Shown here: piece after piece, positions 51,227 to 60,435 of the stretch | Position numbering within the stretch: position 1 is the first letter of the stretch | Layout: every line of letters begins with the position of its first letter | Source of the DNA: a virus | Virus record (IMG/VR): IMGVR_UViG_3300008108_007099 | Coordinates: 1-64,000 of that record | Reading direction: 5' to 3' (one strand) | DNA: 64,000 nt | The notes under the pieces: generated by a model | Told to the model about the DNA's origin: nothing | What the model saw: the letters and a program-made list of their open reading frames with translations, nothing else | The model's database searches: none | Position numbers and translations under genes: made by a program

Positions 51227-51768
51227 TTGATCACCACCATTTTCACTTCAGTGCTTCTAATTACGTTGTTGAACCTTTTGGAAATTTCTGCAAGTTCTTG
51301 GAATTTAGAATTCCTGACCATATCAAGGTAATCGTCATCCGCTTGAATGTCATGTGACAAAATTTCAAAATCAATATCTACAAGATTGGCTATGCCATTA
51401 CTCTTGCCCATGAAATCTTGATACCATGAGCAATATTTCTTACTAAACTGTCGCAAAATTCCTAGGGTTATAGGCCTTTTGCAATCAATATCATCTAAGA
51501 AAGATTCGTGTCGCGGATGAACACTTCTAATTTCAATAGTTGCTCCGCTTTCACATACACGATAAATTTCTTTCAGTAGTTTTAAGAAACCATCGCCTAT
51601 GTATTCCAATACGTAGTTGAGAACTACATGGTCAACAGAGTTTTCTTTGTAGGGCAACTTGCCAGATTCTAGGTCTAAAACCTTATCTGGTTCTACGGAA
51701 GAGTCCTTATCAATATTCAAAAAGCCATCAAGCTTTTTAACACCACAGCCAAGATTGAGTTTTTGCAT
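51223..51768 (-). CDS. Class I SAM-dependent methyltransferase-like protein
   Basis: KLNLGCG...NID...VLEY...KEIYRVC..GA. Confidence 0.8.
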   Translation of the reverse strand: MQKLNLGCGVKKLDGFLNIDKDSSVEPDKVLDLESGKLPYKENSVDHVVLNYVLEYIGDGFLKLLKEIYRVCESGATIEIRSVHPRHESFLDDIDCKRPITLGILRQFSKKYCSWYQDFMGKSNGIANLVDIDFEILSHDIQADDDYLDMVRNSKFQELAEISKRFNNVIRSTEVKMVVIK

Positions 51769-51798
51769 ACATAATTATATCCATACCGGAGAAATCAA

Positions 51799-51918
51799 AT
51801 GCAAAAAAATAGTGAATATTTTGAAGGATATAAAACAGGATACAGAGAAGGAGTGCTGGTTATGTTTTTGCCAGCACTATTCGTATTTGTAAGTATGTTA
51901 TTGTTTATATTTGCTTAA
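51799..51918 (+). CDS. Unannotated small membrane protein (39 aa)
   Basis: MQKNSEYFEGYKTGYREGVLVMFLPALFVFVSMLLFIFA*; GGAG SD at 51788-51791; fills the gap between two - strand genes. Confidence 0.55.
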   Translation: MQKNSEYFEGYKTGYREGVLVMFLPALFVFVSMLLFIFA

Positions 51919-52835
51919 AGATGTAACAACCAACCACTAAGAATAAATGCCAGCCAAGTTCCGAGCGTAATTGGGAGTACATCACCATACCTAGTAATTA
52001 GATCCTCTAGCCACTTTTTCTTGTCCTCATTGCCTTCCTGAAGAAGTGTGTCCCCATCAAGTTGTACACCGCCATTAGGACCGGGAGGATTTTTGATTTT
52101 GCTACGAATGCGACCAAGCATAATTTTTGCAAATGCTAAAGCGCCGTCTTGCATAGCCTGTTGTACTCTTGTGTAGTCATTATTTTTCTGGATGTACTGA
52201 ACAATAACGTGGTGAACTTTATGCGGTCTAGGGTATAGTTTAATGTGATCATACCCACCATACCACTCCCAACCACCGATATTACTTGCTATGCGGCTAT
52301 ATTGATACTCATATGAACTATATAATGACCACTCTCCTGCTCTGCCCCAGATAGGAGTTGTTGGATCTATCATACCACCTTGTATAGACGCATATGCGCC
52401 GCCGGGGTAAAAATATTCTATCGGGATAGCTCCGCCTAAGTCGCTACTACTAAATGCAAATGTTGGCGTAGTTTTGTAGTATACATTCCTAATCCAGCCA
52501 ACTTCTGGTGGCATTTTGTAAATAGATTGACCGGGATTTGTTTTAAAAACATAGTAACGGAAGAACTCCATAGGAGCCCATTCTTCATAAATTTGGAATG
52601 CTAAGTCAACAGCTGCGTCCAGTTGTTGGTCATCTAATTCAATTGAAACAACGGGAGCTCCAAGCATTAGAAGAATGTAATCTTTAAGTTGTTGTGTAAT
52701 TTTAGCTCTACCCGGTCTTGGCCCTAGTAAAGCTACATCTAAGGGGTCTGAAACGCCTAAATTGCTTTGATTACCGCAATCCAAGCTATTTGTGGTGGGC
52801 ATTTTGATGTAAAGTTCGCTGGAATATCCGTTCAT
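51915..52835 (-). CDS. gp13: Neck protein (T4 gp13-like)
   Basis: LKDYILLMLGAPVVSIELDDQQLD...ALAFAKIMLGRIRSK...PGPNGGVQLDG..L..EG, typical of gp13-family neck proteins. Confidence 0.85.
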   Translation of the reverse strand: MNGYSSELYIKMPTTNSLDCGNQSNLGVSDPLDVALLGPRPGRAKITQQLKDYILLMLGAPVVSIELDDQQLDAAVDLAFQIYEEWAPMEFFRYYVFKTNPGQSIYKMPPEVGWIRNVYYKTTPTFAFSSSDLGGAIPIEYFYPGGAYASIQGGMIDPTTPIWGRAGEWSLYSSYEYQYSRIASNIGGWEWYGGYDHIKLYPRPHKVHHVIVQYIQKNNDYTRVQQAMQDGALAFAKIMLGRIRSKIKNPPGPNGGVQLDGDTLLQEGNEDKKKWLEDLITRYGDVLPITLGTWLAFILSGWLLHL

Positions 52836-52862
52836 ACTAATATATATTGACGAGGTAACAAA
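52836..52862. promoter_or_regulatory. Candidate bidirectional late promoter
   Basis: 27-bp head-to-head spacer containing the palindrome AATATATATT (52839-52848). Confidence 0.45.
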
Positions 52863-55800
52863 ATGTCTAGCAAGCAGAAAATGATAGAAATTTATGAAAG
52901 TTTTGCTACCAAATTGAGCAGCAAGGTAGTGAACGAAGCCGTAGAAAATTCAGCTCCAAAAATACCTCAATTGTTGAATGATATTGATATAGATTTCGTA
53001 AATCAGTTTGACCGCAAATATTGGGCTCAGGCAATTAAAAAGCGCTACGACATGTTTTTCCATTACTTGGTGAACTTAGATAAGTTGAGAAAAAAGGTTG
53101 CAGAACATTATTTTCCTCAAAAGCTAACTGACGCGAAATCAATATTTGATGCGCCGAAATTTGCTAATCTAGTACCATTCGTTAAAAAACGAGAAATCAA
53201 AAACCAAGCAGAGGCTGCTGCCAAGGCGGAAGCTACGAGAATGTTTCCTGCTGGCGCGGAAATAAACCCCACAGTTTTAAAACACCCTATTTTTAAAGAT
53301 ATTTCTGCTGATGAGCGGAGCGAATTGAGACAAATTATCGATAAGATAAACAAACATTATATTGCAGATACAGATAAAGAATTCAATAATTTCGTAGTTG
53401 GATCAGAAAATAAACCTAGAGACATTCAAGCAAAAGCATTTTTGAAAGATTTGGGTAGGAGTCTTGAGGGTAGCTATGGCAAACCAGATGGATATGATTT
53501 AAACAATCCGCGACGTATGGCCATGAGCAAGGATGGTGAAAGCAAAGAATCTAGGTTTGTTACTGATGGATTTATATTCCCAACAAAAAAAGAAATAGAA
53601 GATGCAATACGCACAAAATTGAAACACATTAGTAGAGGGATAAGTATTCCAGTCGATGATGCTGACAATAAAAGGTTAGAGGGTCATGCCTTAAGAAAAG
53701 ACAGAGTAACTAGCGATGAAGGAACATCGCCGCTGGAAAAACAACTGGTGCAGATGTACAAATTGCAAGCCAGACAAGAATTTGAGGCAAAAAAACAGGC
53801 AGATTCGCGTTTTAGATTTAAAGAGAGCGACATTGATAAGCGTGCTGCTAATTTAGCACGGCAAAAAATGAAGAGCTTTTCCGATGCAAAGGAGCTTGAA
53901 AATTACTTGATGACAGAAAAGGGAATTAGTCAGAAGGATTTGAAGGGATTGCAAAATCCTTTTCCAAACACAAAAATTGAAGAAATTGGCGACAAATTTA
54001 AAAACTTTATTATTCAGAGGAATAGGGCAGTTGAAATTCCACACAAAGAGATGGACGTGGTTGACATAACAGACGGAGTCAAAAATGTAAGAAAAGTTCA
54101 TAATCCAATTTTGAACAAAACCATAATGTTTCGTGATGTGAAACTAGAGCATCCTTTCGAAAGAAAAGAAGATAATTTAACACTTGATACAACTAAAACA
54201 AATTTGTCAGGCAGAGGTCTAGGAGAAAAAACATTTGACCCAATTTTATTTGACAGATTGTTAGAAAGATGGAAGGCGCTGAAAAATCCTAAGGTGCCGA
54301 AATCTGCGAAAGCGGGTATAGAAAATATACTCCAGTCACACGGATTAACAAAAGAAAGTTCCGTCAATCAGATTATTGACGCAGCAAAAAGATTTTATTA
54401 TCAAGAAGCAGAACCAAGCTCATATGTACAAGGCAGTGATGTTTCGTCTACCTACAGTCATCATCCTTTAAGAATGTCTGCAGAATCGAAGTTTTTCAAT
54501 AGGCATCATAATCCTAGTGAATATGATAAAGTTACAGAGATTTTATTTGATAAAGGTTCAAAATATAGACCTTCTGGCAAAACCTATGATACGCTGACAC
54601 TAATTGATAAGGCAATAAAAAGGTTTTTAAGGATTAAGAAAAATGATAAGCTAGGCGAGAAATTGCCAAAGATGATAATGCAAAGATCTTTTGGTGCTTT
54701 GAAAGCTTTGGCACAGGATCGCGTAATAAGTCAGCTTGCCGATCCAAGATTAATCATGGATGCAAATCTTGGCGTAACTGGCGCTCCGCCAAACTATTTC
54801 GGAAATGCAAATCTTATAAGAGAATTAGTCCATAAAGAAATGCTTAGGTATTTCAGGCAAAACCTTTTTACTGGCAGTATTCGTGGTAGGGGCGATTTTG
54901 TTGACATTTTGGATGCAGATGCAGAAGATTTAGCTTGCCGACAAGGTAAACGTTCTTACAGCACTGGAGACTGTTCGCTTAACATGGACATTAAGAGTCT
55001 TCAGGCAATGCAGAATTCTGGGTACGCAAAATCAACAAGTTCTGTAAAAGAATTAAAAGCTGACGAGATGTCAGATGATATAGTTTCTCAAAGACGACAA
55101 ATTCACAAAGCTATGGAAGGCGTTTATGAAATGATGAAAAGTCTTTATGTGGTTTTAAAAACAAAAGCTGCATTAGATAAGCACGGTCCAGCCATGCTAA
55201 AGGCAGAGCGTACTATCAAGCAAATGGAAGAGAAGTTCGCTGCAAATCCAAAGTTTAAAGATGTTAAAGACGTTTCTGCATTCAACGCAGCAAAAAAAGA
55301 AATTCAAAAATATAACAATGAAGCAAGAGACGAAGCAATATATCAAATTACACAATTCTTTGAAAACAATATGTCCAAAGATAGCGAACAGTTCCTTGAA
55401 GCTTTGCATAAAGATTATGTTACAAATTTAAACGACATACGTAAAAATCCAGCATTTTTGGCCAGAGTATCTATACCGCCTGAGTTAAAGGGCCCTGAAG
55501 ATGCCGGTGCTATGGCAGTTGCTGATTTGAAAACATTTCAAGATAGGTTTAAGGCGCGTAGAAAGGATTCTGCCGCTGCTGCAACAATTGATTCTAGATT
55601 TAGACAAGCAATTGAATCTTCGGATATGTCTCAGCTTGTAAAAACATTTTCTACGGCTGCCTTTGAAGAACCATCGCAGGCAGCAATATTGCACGATAAA
55701 TTAACAAAAAGACTGCCTGAAACAGAAGCCAATTTTTTCAAAAAAATGACCGATAAAGAACTTCAAGAAATTACCAAAAAGTTAGATGCTACAAATACGT

Positions 55801-56240
55801 TGCAGAATATTACCCATAATTTTTGGAATAGATTCCACTTTACAACTCCAGAGTTTGTGGAAGCTGATCCTAATACTTTGGTAGATTATTTTTCCAAAAA
55901 TTTGAAATGGCTAAATGATAAGAATCTAATATTAATAGTTCAAAATATGCTAGATGAATTTGACAGAACTCATGAGCACCCAGAAGAAAAAAGCAGATTC
56001 GATTCTGAGCAATTTAATCATCCCGGTTACATCAAGTGGAAAGAACATGTTAAAAAAGCAAGAAGGCAAAAACGAGATGCGTTAAATATGGGAATACAAG
56101 AGCTCGAGAAACGCCGAAAATACAATCAATTTGTGGCAAGAATTACGCATCCAGAGAGACTTGAAAAGATGCTAAGTTTTGCTAGAGAAGCAGAACAACC
56201 AGAGCGCAAGAAAGCTGGAAGACCAAAGAAAAACGTATAA
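52863..56240 (+). CDS. Large hypothetical charged helical protein (1125 aa), possible internal virion protein
   Basis: Long K/E-rich ORF with GAGGT SD; no family recognised. Confidence 0.7.
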   Translation: MSSKQKMIEIYESFATKLSSKVVNEAVENSAPKIPQLLNDIDIDFVNQFDRKYWAQAIKKRYDMFFHYLVNLDKLRKKVAEHYFPQKLTDAKSIFDAPKFANLVPFVKKREIKNQAEAAAKAEATRMFPAGAEINPTVLKHPIFKDISADERSELRQIIDKINKHYIADTDKEFNNFVVGSENKPRDIQAKAFLKDLGRSLEGSYGKPDGYDLNNPRRMAMSKDGESKESRFVTDGFIFPTKKEIEDAIRTKLKHISRGISIPVDDADNKRLEGHALRKDRVTSDEGTSPLEKQLVQMYKLQARQEFEAKKQADSRFRFKESDIDKRAANLARQKMKSFSDAKELENYLMTEKGISQKDLKGLQNPFPNTKIEEIGDKFKNFIIQRNRAVEIPHKEMDVVDITDGVKNVRKVHNPILNKTIMFRDVKLEHPFERKEDNLTLDTTKTNLSGRGLGEKTFDPILFDRLLERWKALKNPKVPKSAKAGIENILQSHGLTKESSVNQIIDAAKRFYYQEAEPSSYVQGSDVSSTYSHHPLRMSAESKFFNRHHNPSEYDKVTEILFDKGSKYRPSGKTYDTLTLIDKAIKRFLRIKKNDKLGEKLPKMIMQRSFGALKALAQDRVISQLADPRLIMDANLGVTGAPPNYFGNANLIRELVHKEMLRYFRQNLFTGSIRGRGDFVDILDADAEDLACRQGKRSYSTGDCSLNMDIKSLQAMQNSGYAKSTSSVKELKADEMSDDIVSQRRQIHKAMEGVYEMMKSLYVVLKTKAALDKHGPAMLKAERTIKQMEEKFAANPKFKDVKDVSAFNAAKKEIQKYNNEARDEAIYQITQFFENNMSKDSEQFLEALHKDYVTNLNDIRKNPAFLARVSIPPELKGPEDAGAMAVADLKTFQDRFKARRKDSAAAATIDSRFRQAIESSDMSQLVKTFSTAAFEEPSQAAILHDKLTKRLPETEANFFKKMTDKELQEITKKLDATNTLQNITHNFWNRFHFTTPEFVEADPNTLVDYFSKNLKWLNDKNLILIVQNMLDEFDRTHEHPEEKSRFDSEQFNHPGYIKWKEHVKKARRQKRDALNMGIQELEKRRKYNQFVARITHPERLEKMLSFAREAEQPERKKAGRPKKNV

Positions 56241-56246
56241 TGATTT

Positions 56247-56513
56247 ATGCAAAATGTTCTTCAGGACCCCGGATATGCAAATTTTTTAAAAACTCACGGT
56301 TTAATTGCGCACATTTCTAAGCTTGATATACCGGATGTAAATGAATTTTTGCCAGTAATTTACAAAGTATGTTCTACCATATCTTCCACTGATGAATTAG
56401 AAAACTTTGCTAAATTCCTCAATAAGATTTACGAAAGCGGATATTACAAATCAGCTGAAGACCATAAAAAGGCGCTGGCAGCTATGGGTCTTAATACCAG
56501 TCTTATAGTTTAA
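56247..56513 (+). CDS. Hypothetical protein (88 aa)
   Basis: ORF closely following the preceding gene. Confidence 0.55.
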   Translation: MQNVLQDPGYANFLKTHGLIAHISKLDIPDVNEFLPVIYKVCSTISSTDELENFAKFLNKIYESGYYKSAEDHKKALAAMGLNTSLIV

Positions 56514-57183
56514 AACTTGGCTGTATGTCAGTTGGGCCGCATACTATAAAGCATCCTTCAGGAGCGCTCCTTACACTATTAATTTTCCACCATCTTCTGG
56601 TATCGTTTTTAGGATAAAGAATTGAATTCTTAGTCAAAAAATCTAGGTGCGACCAGAAAATTAACTCCATGTCATCTTCTTTTATGATAAAATTTTCAAA
56701 AACAAAGTTTCTTGTGTATTTAATTTTTACAGTTTTGTCGGAATAAAGAGGATCGACAACTTCTTTTGTTTCAGCCAACATGCAATACATGATATCTTTT
56801 TTATAATTTCTTAATTTCTCGTTTACTGTCTGTGGTCTTAAAACTTCTTCGTCGGTTTCAGGTTGAGGAGACTGTGTTGGTTCTGGTTTTGTAAAATCTG
56901 GTATTTCAAATTCCTGAATTTTTACTTCCTCTTTTATTTTAGCCTCCTTAGGAGGAGGGGGAGGAGTAGGCATTTCAGGCTTTTGTTGTTCTGCCGTTAC
57001 AGTAGTTGTTGTTCCAAAATCTAGTTTTTTATTGGGTTTTTGCGGATTTTGTTTATTATTCACGATGTCAGGAGAGAAGTCCATGTTGTGGACTTCGAAA
57101 TTATCCCAAACTTCTTGAGACATCATTATTGGGTTGGGTCCGCGAACCTTATATACAGATCCATCTTTATTTTTAATTACCAT
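56503..57183 (-). CDS. Hypothetical phage protein with Pro-rich linker
   Basis: Likely start MVIKNKDGSVYK at 57183; DPLY.D motif reminiscent of neck-associated proteins. Confidence 0.6.
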   Translation of the reverse strand: MVIKNKDGSVYKVRGPNPIMMSQEVWDNFEVHNMDFSPDIVNNKQNPQKPNKKLDFGTTTTVTAEQQKPEMPTPPPPPKEAKIKEEVKIQEFEIPDFTKPEPTQSPQPETDEEVLRPQTVNEKLRNYKKDIMYCMLAETKEVVDPLYSDKTVKIKYTRNFVFENFIIKEDDMELIFWSHLDFLTKNSILYPKNDTRRWWKINSVRSAPEGCFIVCGPTDIQPSFKL

Positions 57184-57220
57184 GTTAATTATATATATAG
57201 TAAAGAGATCTGGAGGCATA
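57184..57220. promoter_or_regulatory. Candidate bidirectional late promoter
   Basis: 37-bp head-to-head spacer containing TATATATATA. Confidence 0.45.
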
Positions 57221-57670
57221 ATGGCTTTAGTTGTTCCAAATATTGGGGAAACCGCGCTACTTAAGAAAATGTTTAATCAAGAGCAGACAACAACTCTGCT
57301 TCTTAAGCTGTATTACAATGACGCTACACCAAACGCTTTTTCCACCTTATCTTCATTTAGTGAATGTGGGTTTTCTGGGGATCCTCCAACACCAAATGGG
57401 TCTTTTCCCGGTTATACAAACGCAACCATAACCAACAGCAATTGGGTAGTTGCTACTCCAGTTGGTGCTACCTATGCCGAAGCCGGATATGGAGAACAAA
57501 CTTTCACTTTTAACGCATATACTTCCGCTCAAACAGTTTTTGGATACTATGTGACAGACACTCTCAACAATCTGTTGTGGGCAGAAAGATTTACAAACGC
57601 ACCATTTACTTTGCCGCCCGCTGGCGGAACTATAGCAGTCACCCTAACTATTAATTTGGAAAATGTATAA
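57221..57670 (+). CDS. Hypothetical phage structural protein
   Basis: GGAGG SD then MALVVPNIGE...LKLY.ND.TP...GYYVT...LLWAERF, a pattern recurrent in phage structural regions. Confidence 0.65.
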   Translation: MALVVPNIGETALLKKMFNQEQTTTLLLKLYYNDATPNAFSTLSSFSECGFSGDPPTPNGSFPGYTNATITNSNWVVATPVGATYAEAGYGEQTFTFNAYTSAQTVFGYYVTDTLNNLLWAERFTNAPFTLPPAGGTIAVTLTINLENV

Positions 57671-59117
57671 GATTATCGTTAATATATGTTTTAAAGAATG
57701 GCTGTTAGTTGAAGATGAAAAATCTCAGCTAGCAGAGTTTAGTGTATTGAAAAACGATTACATAAATCCTTTCATAGACAGGCTCATACAGCATGGAGAT
57801 ACACATCCCGGATTTTTGACTCCATCACAAAAAACCGAACTTATGCATCTTAAGACATCTGACGACTTGTTTCACATGATGTCTTCGGCAGATCGGGGTT
57901 ATTTTGACAAAGCTGGTGCATTGACAGATAGCGATAAAATTAAAAAACTCATCAACCGCGAAATCGGCAAACTGAATTTTGATGCTGCTGGTAACTTGGG
58001 AGATTTAATACATCAAGTCAATACTGCTAAAACCTCAAAAAGTCTTCCAGAATACGATCCAGAAAGCGATGCAACTCCTTACAGAAGACATACTGTTGAC
58101 GACATAAAACAATTTTTAGATCACATTTTTAGTAGAAAAGTTATTTACACTACCAAGCGCGCCGAAAAAGATTTCGGGGGAACTGGCGGAGCAAAGGGTG
58201 CAACGGAAGATACGCCGGGCATCGAGGGATTAGCAAAGGTACAAGCAAAGGATCCAGAAGAGATTCGTGAACTTGGTGCAAACTTAGAGGCAAGGCGAAA
58301 GATAGACAAACTTTCAGATTGTGTCAGACTTATATTTACAAAACAGAATGAAAAATATGCTAGGAAAGCGAAAAACTATGCAAAGCAAGTTGAAAACTCA
58401 ATAGCTGACCCAGAGGAAAAATTGTCTGTTTCGCAATTAGTAGATTTGAAATTAGCCAGTTTATTTCAAATTGTTTCAAGATACATGAATGAGCGCGTAA
58501 CTTCTATAGACGAAAGAGGATTCCCAACTTCTAGTGATTTATTTGTACAAAAAGATATAGACAATGTTTTACAGGGCAGAGTTAAATTGCTCGATAGAAT
58601 AGTCAAGAGTGAAAATTTTATTCCATATTTACGTAAACTCATCAAGGATAACGACCCTGTAGCGGTTGATTTAGAGAAGGCCGTGCTTGGAATTCTATTT
58701 GTGGCGGCTGCCAAAAAAGCTTCGTCAACCTCCGGAAGTATCGCACAAGTTATGCCAGCCTTTATGGGATTGGAAGCAGTAAAATCAAACGCTGCAAATC
58801 AAAAATTCCTCCAGAATCTTAAAGAGAAATTCTTAGATGACAAAGTATTAACTGACAAATTTAATTTCAAAAAATTAGATGCTTTAAATGCAGTTTCAGA
58901 AGGAAAAGACGGAGCACTAGATTCTTACATGATTTCTCATACTTTTCCAGACATAAATAAGGGAACTGAAGAAGCAGCTACTTTCTTGAATTTTATGGAA
59001 AAAATGAAAAACACGAAAGAGCCTTTAATAGGAGCAAGGGGCGAAAGACTGACGTTAGATCTTGAAAAAGATTGTGAAGATGTTGCGCAGATTTTGCAAA
59101 AGGCTGGTGTTATATGA
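57663..59117 (+). CDS. Hypothetical protein (484 aa), possible internal head protein
   Basis: Overlaps the preceding stop; N-terminal FKEWLLVE motif. Confidence 0.65.
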   Translation: MYKIIVNICFKEWLLVEDEKSQLAEFSVLKNDYINPFIDRLIQHGDTHPGFLTPSQKTELMHLKTSDDLFHMMSSADRGYFDKAGALTDSDKIKKLINREIGKLNFDAAGNLGDLIHQVNTAKTSKSLPEYDPESDATPYRRHTVDDIKQFLDHIFSRKVIYTTKRAEKDFGGTGGAKGATEDTPGIEGLAKVQAKDPEEIRELGANLEARRKIDKLSDCVRLIFTKQNEKYARKAKNYAKQVENSIADPEEKLSVSQLVDLKLASLFQIVSRYMNERVTSIDERGFPTSSDLFVQKDIDNVLQGRVKLLDRIVKSENFIPYLRKLIKDNDPVAVDLEKAVLGILFVAAAKKASSTSGSIAQVMPAFMGLEAVKSNAANQKFLQNLKEKFLDDKVLTDKFNFKKLDALNAVSEGKDGALDSYMISHTFPDINKGTEEAATFLNFMEKMKNTKEPLIGARGERLTLDLEKDCEDVAQILQKAGVI

Positions 59118-59686
59118 CAATTTATAATTGCAACGGTAGGCCATATCGACCTACTGGAAGTCTTCAGCAATTTGGCGATGAATTGCCAGAGCATGCCTTA
59201 TTCAATCAATGGGATGAAGAATCTATAAGACAAGGTGGTTCTCCAATATTTTATTATGAACTTTTCGTAAATATGAACAATATCGATCCCATTTATTTGG
59301 AGACGAGAACAAAAATATACAGTCCGCAACCTGTGCAATTATGGTGTTATTACGAACCAGTTCCAAGTCAAAATTATCAGACTCCTTTTGGAATAGACAG
59401 CCCAGATGATATGTTGTTTGAATTCAATTATCAAACTGTTTTAAAAACTCTTGGACATGTGCCAAAAATAGGAAGTAGATTTTTTACACCATTTTTGAAA
59501 GAAAACTGGGTAATTATAGAACGAAAGACTGGCGAAATGAAAATGTACGGCGTGGTAAGATTACAATGTTTGTGTCAGAGATTCCAAGAAGATTCTGTTT
59601 CTGGCACTTCTGTTAATGAATCGCAGGGAGTAAATTATAGCTCTGTACTTCAGCCAGTTACACAACCTACATATAAAATAATTTAA
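59114..59686 (+). CDS. gp14: Neck/head-closure protein (T4 gp14-like)
   Basis: EESIRQGG..IFYY...DPIYLE...K.Y...FGI...D.M.FEF...PKIG pattern; genomic context. Confidence 0.65.
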   Translation: MTIYNCNGRPYRPTGSLQQFGDELPEHALFNQWDEESIRQGGSPIFYYELFVNMNNIDPIYLETRTKIYSPQPVQLWCYYEPVPSQNYQTPFGIDSPDDMLFEFNYQTVLKTLGHVPKIGSRFFTPFLKENWVIIERKTGEMKMYGVVRLQCLCQRFQEDSVSGTSVNESQGVNYSSVLQPVTQPTYKII

Positions 59687-59696
59687 AGGAGCATTT

Positions 59697-60386
59697 ATGA
59701 AAAGTTTTTTTGAATTTTACGACAAACTTAAGTCTAAGAGGCTTAATGAGCAGGACGCCATGGTGCCACCAAATATGGGCATGGGACAAGCACCTCCCGG
59801 TGGTCAAATGCCTAGTGCAGGAGGCATGGATAGCATGGGTGCTCCCGGTCAAGTTGCCGGGCAACAAGGAATGAACCTTGACGCACCGCAAGATATGGGT
59901 GGTATGGATCAGCTTGATGCTGACCAAGATGAGGGCAAGGAAGATTCTGACAGCCAAACCGCGCCACCAGAAGGAGAGGCCACAGCAGAATCTTTGTACC
60001 CCACGATTGACACTCTTATTAAATTCGTCAAGGATTACAGCGTTGGCGATGATGATGACAAAGATCAAAAGCGCGAAGAGCTTTTGTCGCAACTTGATGC
60101 GATTAAAAACAATATCGCTGATTTAACAGGAGTCCAGCCTCCATCAGGTCCATCCGACGAAGAGAGTGATGACAGCGTTGGGGCTAATCAGATTGACGCT
60201 TCAGCAGATGAAATTCCACCGGGAAAGCAAACTGCTTACGGTGGTGAATTCGGTGACCAAGCTGGAGGAGCAAGCATGCCAAATATGGACGGAACAGGAA
60301 ACATGTACGGCAACATGGATGGAGGTTCTAACCCTGCCACTACCGGTGGCGGCGCACTTGGATTTGGCGGCGCATTCGCCGGATAA
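59697..60386 (+). CDS. Acidic, Met/Gly/Pro-rich low-complexity protein
   Basis: AAGGAG SD; MKSFFEF..KL...LNEQ N-terminus; followed by a terminator. Confidence 0.7.
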   Translation: MKSFFEFYDKLKSKRLNEQDAMVPPNMGMGQAPPGGQMPSAGGMDSMGAPGQVAGQQGMNLDAPQDMGGMDQLDADQDEGKEDSDSQTAPPEGEATAESLYPTIDTLIKFVKDYSVGDDDDKDQKREELLSQLDAIKNNIADLTGVQPPSGPSDEESDDSVGANQIDASADEIPPGKQTAYGGEFGDQAGGASMPNMDGTGNMYGNMDGGSNPATTGGGALGFGGAFAG

Positions 60387-60405
60387 TAGATGTATTATTG
60401 AATTC

Positions 60406-60435
60406 AAAAGGAGGATCATTGGATCCTCCTTTTTT
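60406..60435. terminator. Bidirectional rho-independent terminator
   Basis: AAAAGGAGGATC-ATTG-GATCCTCCTTTT perfect 12-bp inverted repeat with T/A tracts, between convergent genes. Confidence 0.85.
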
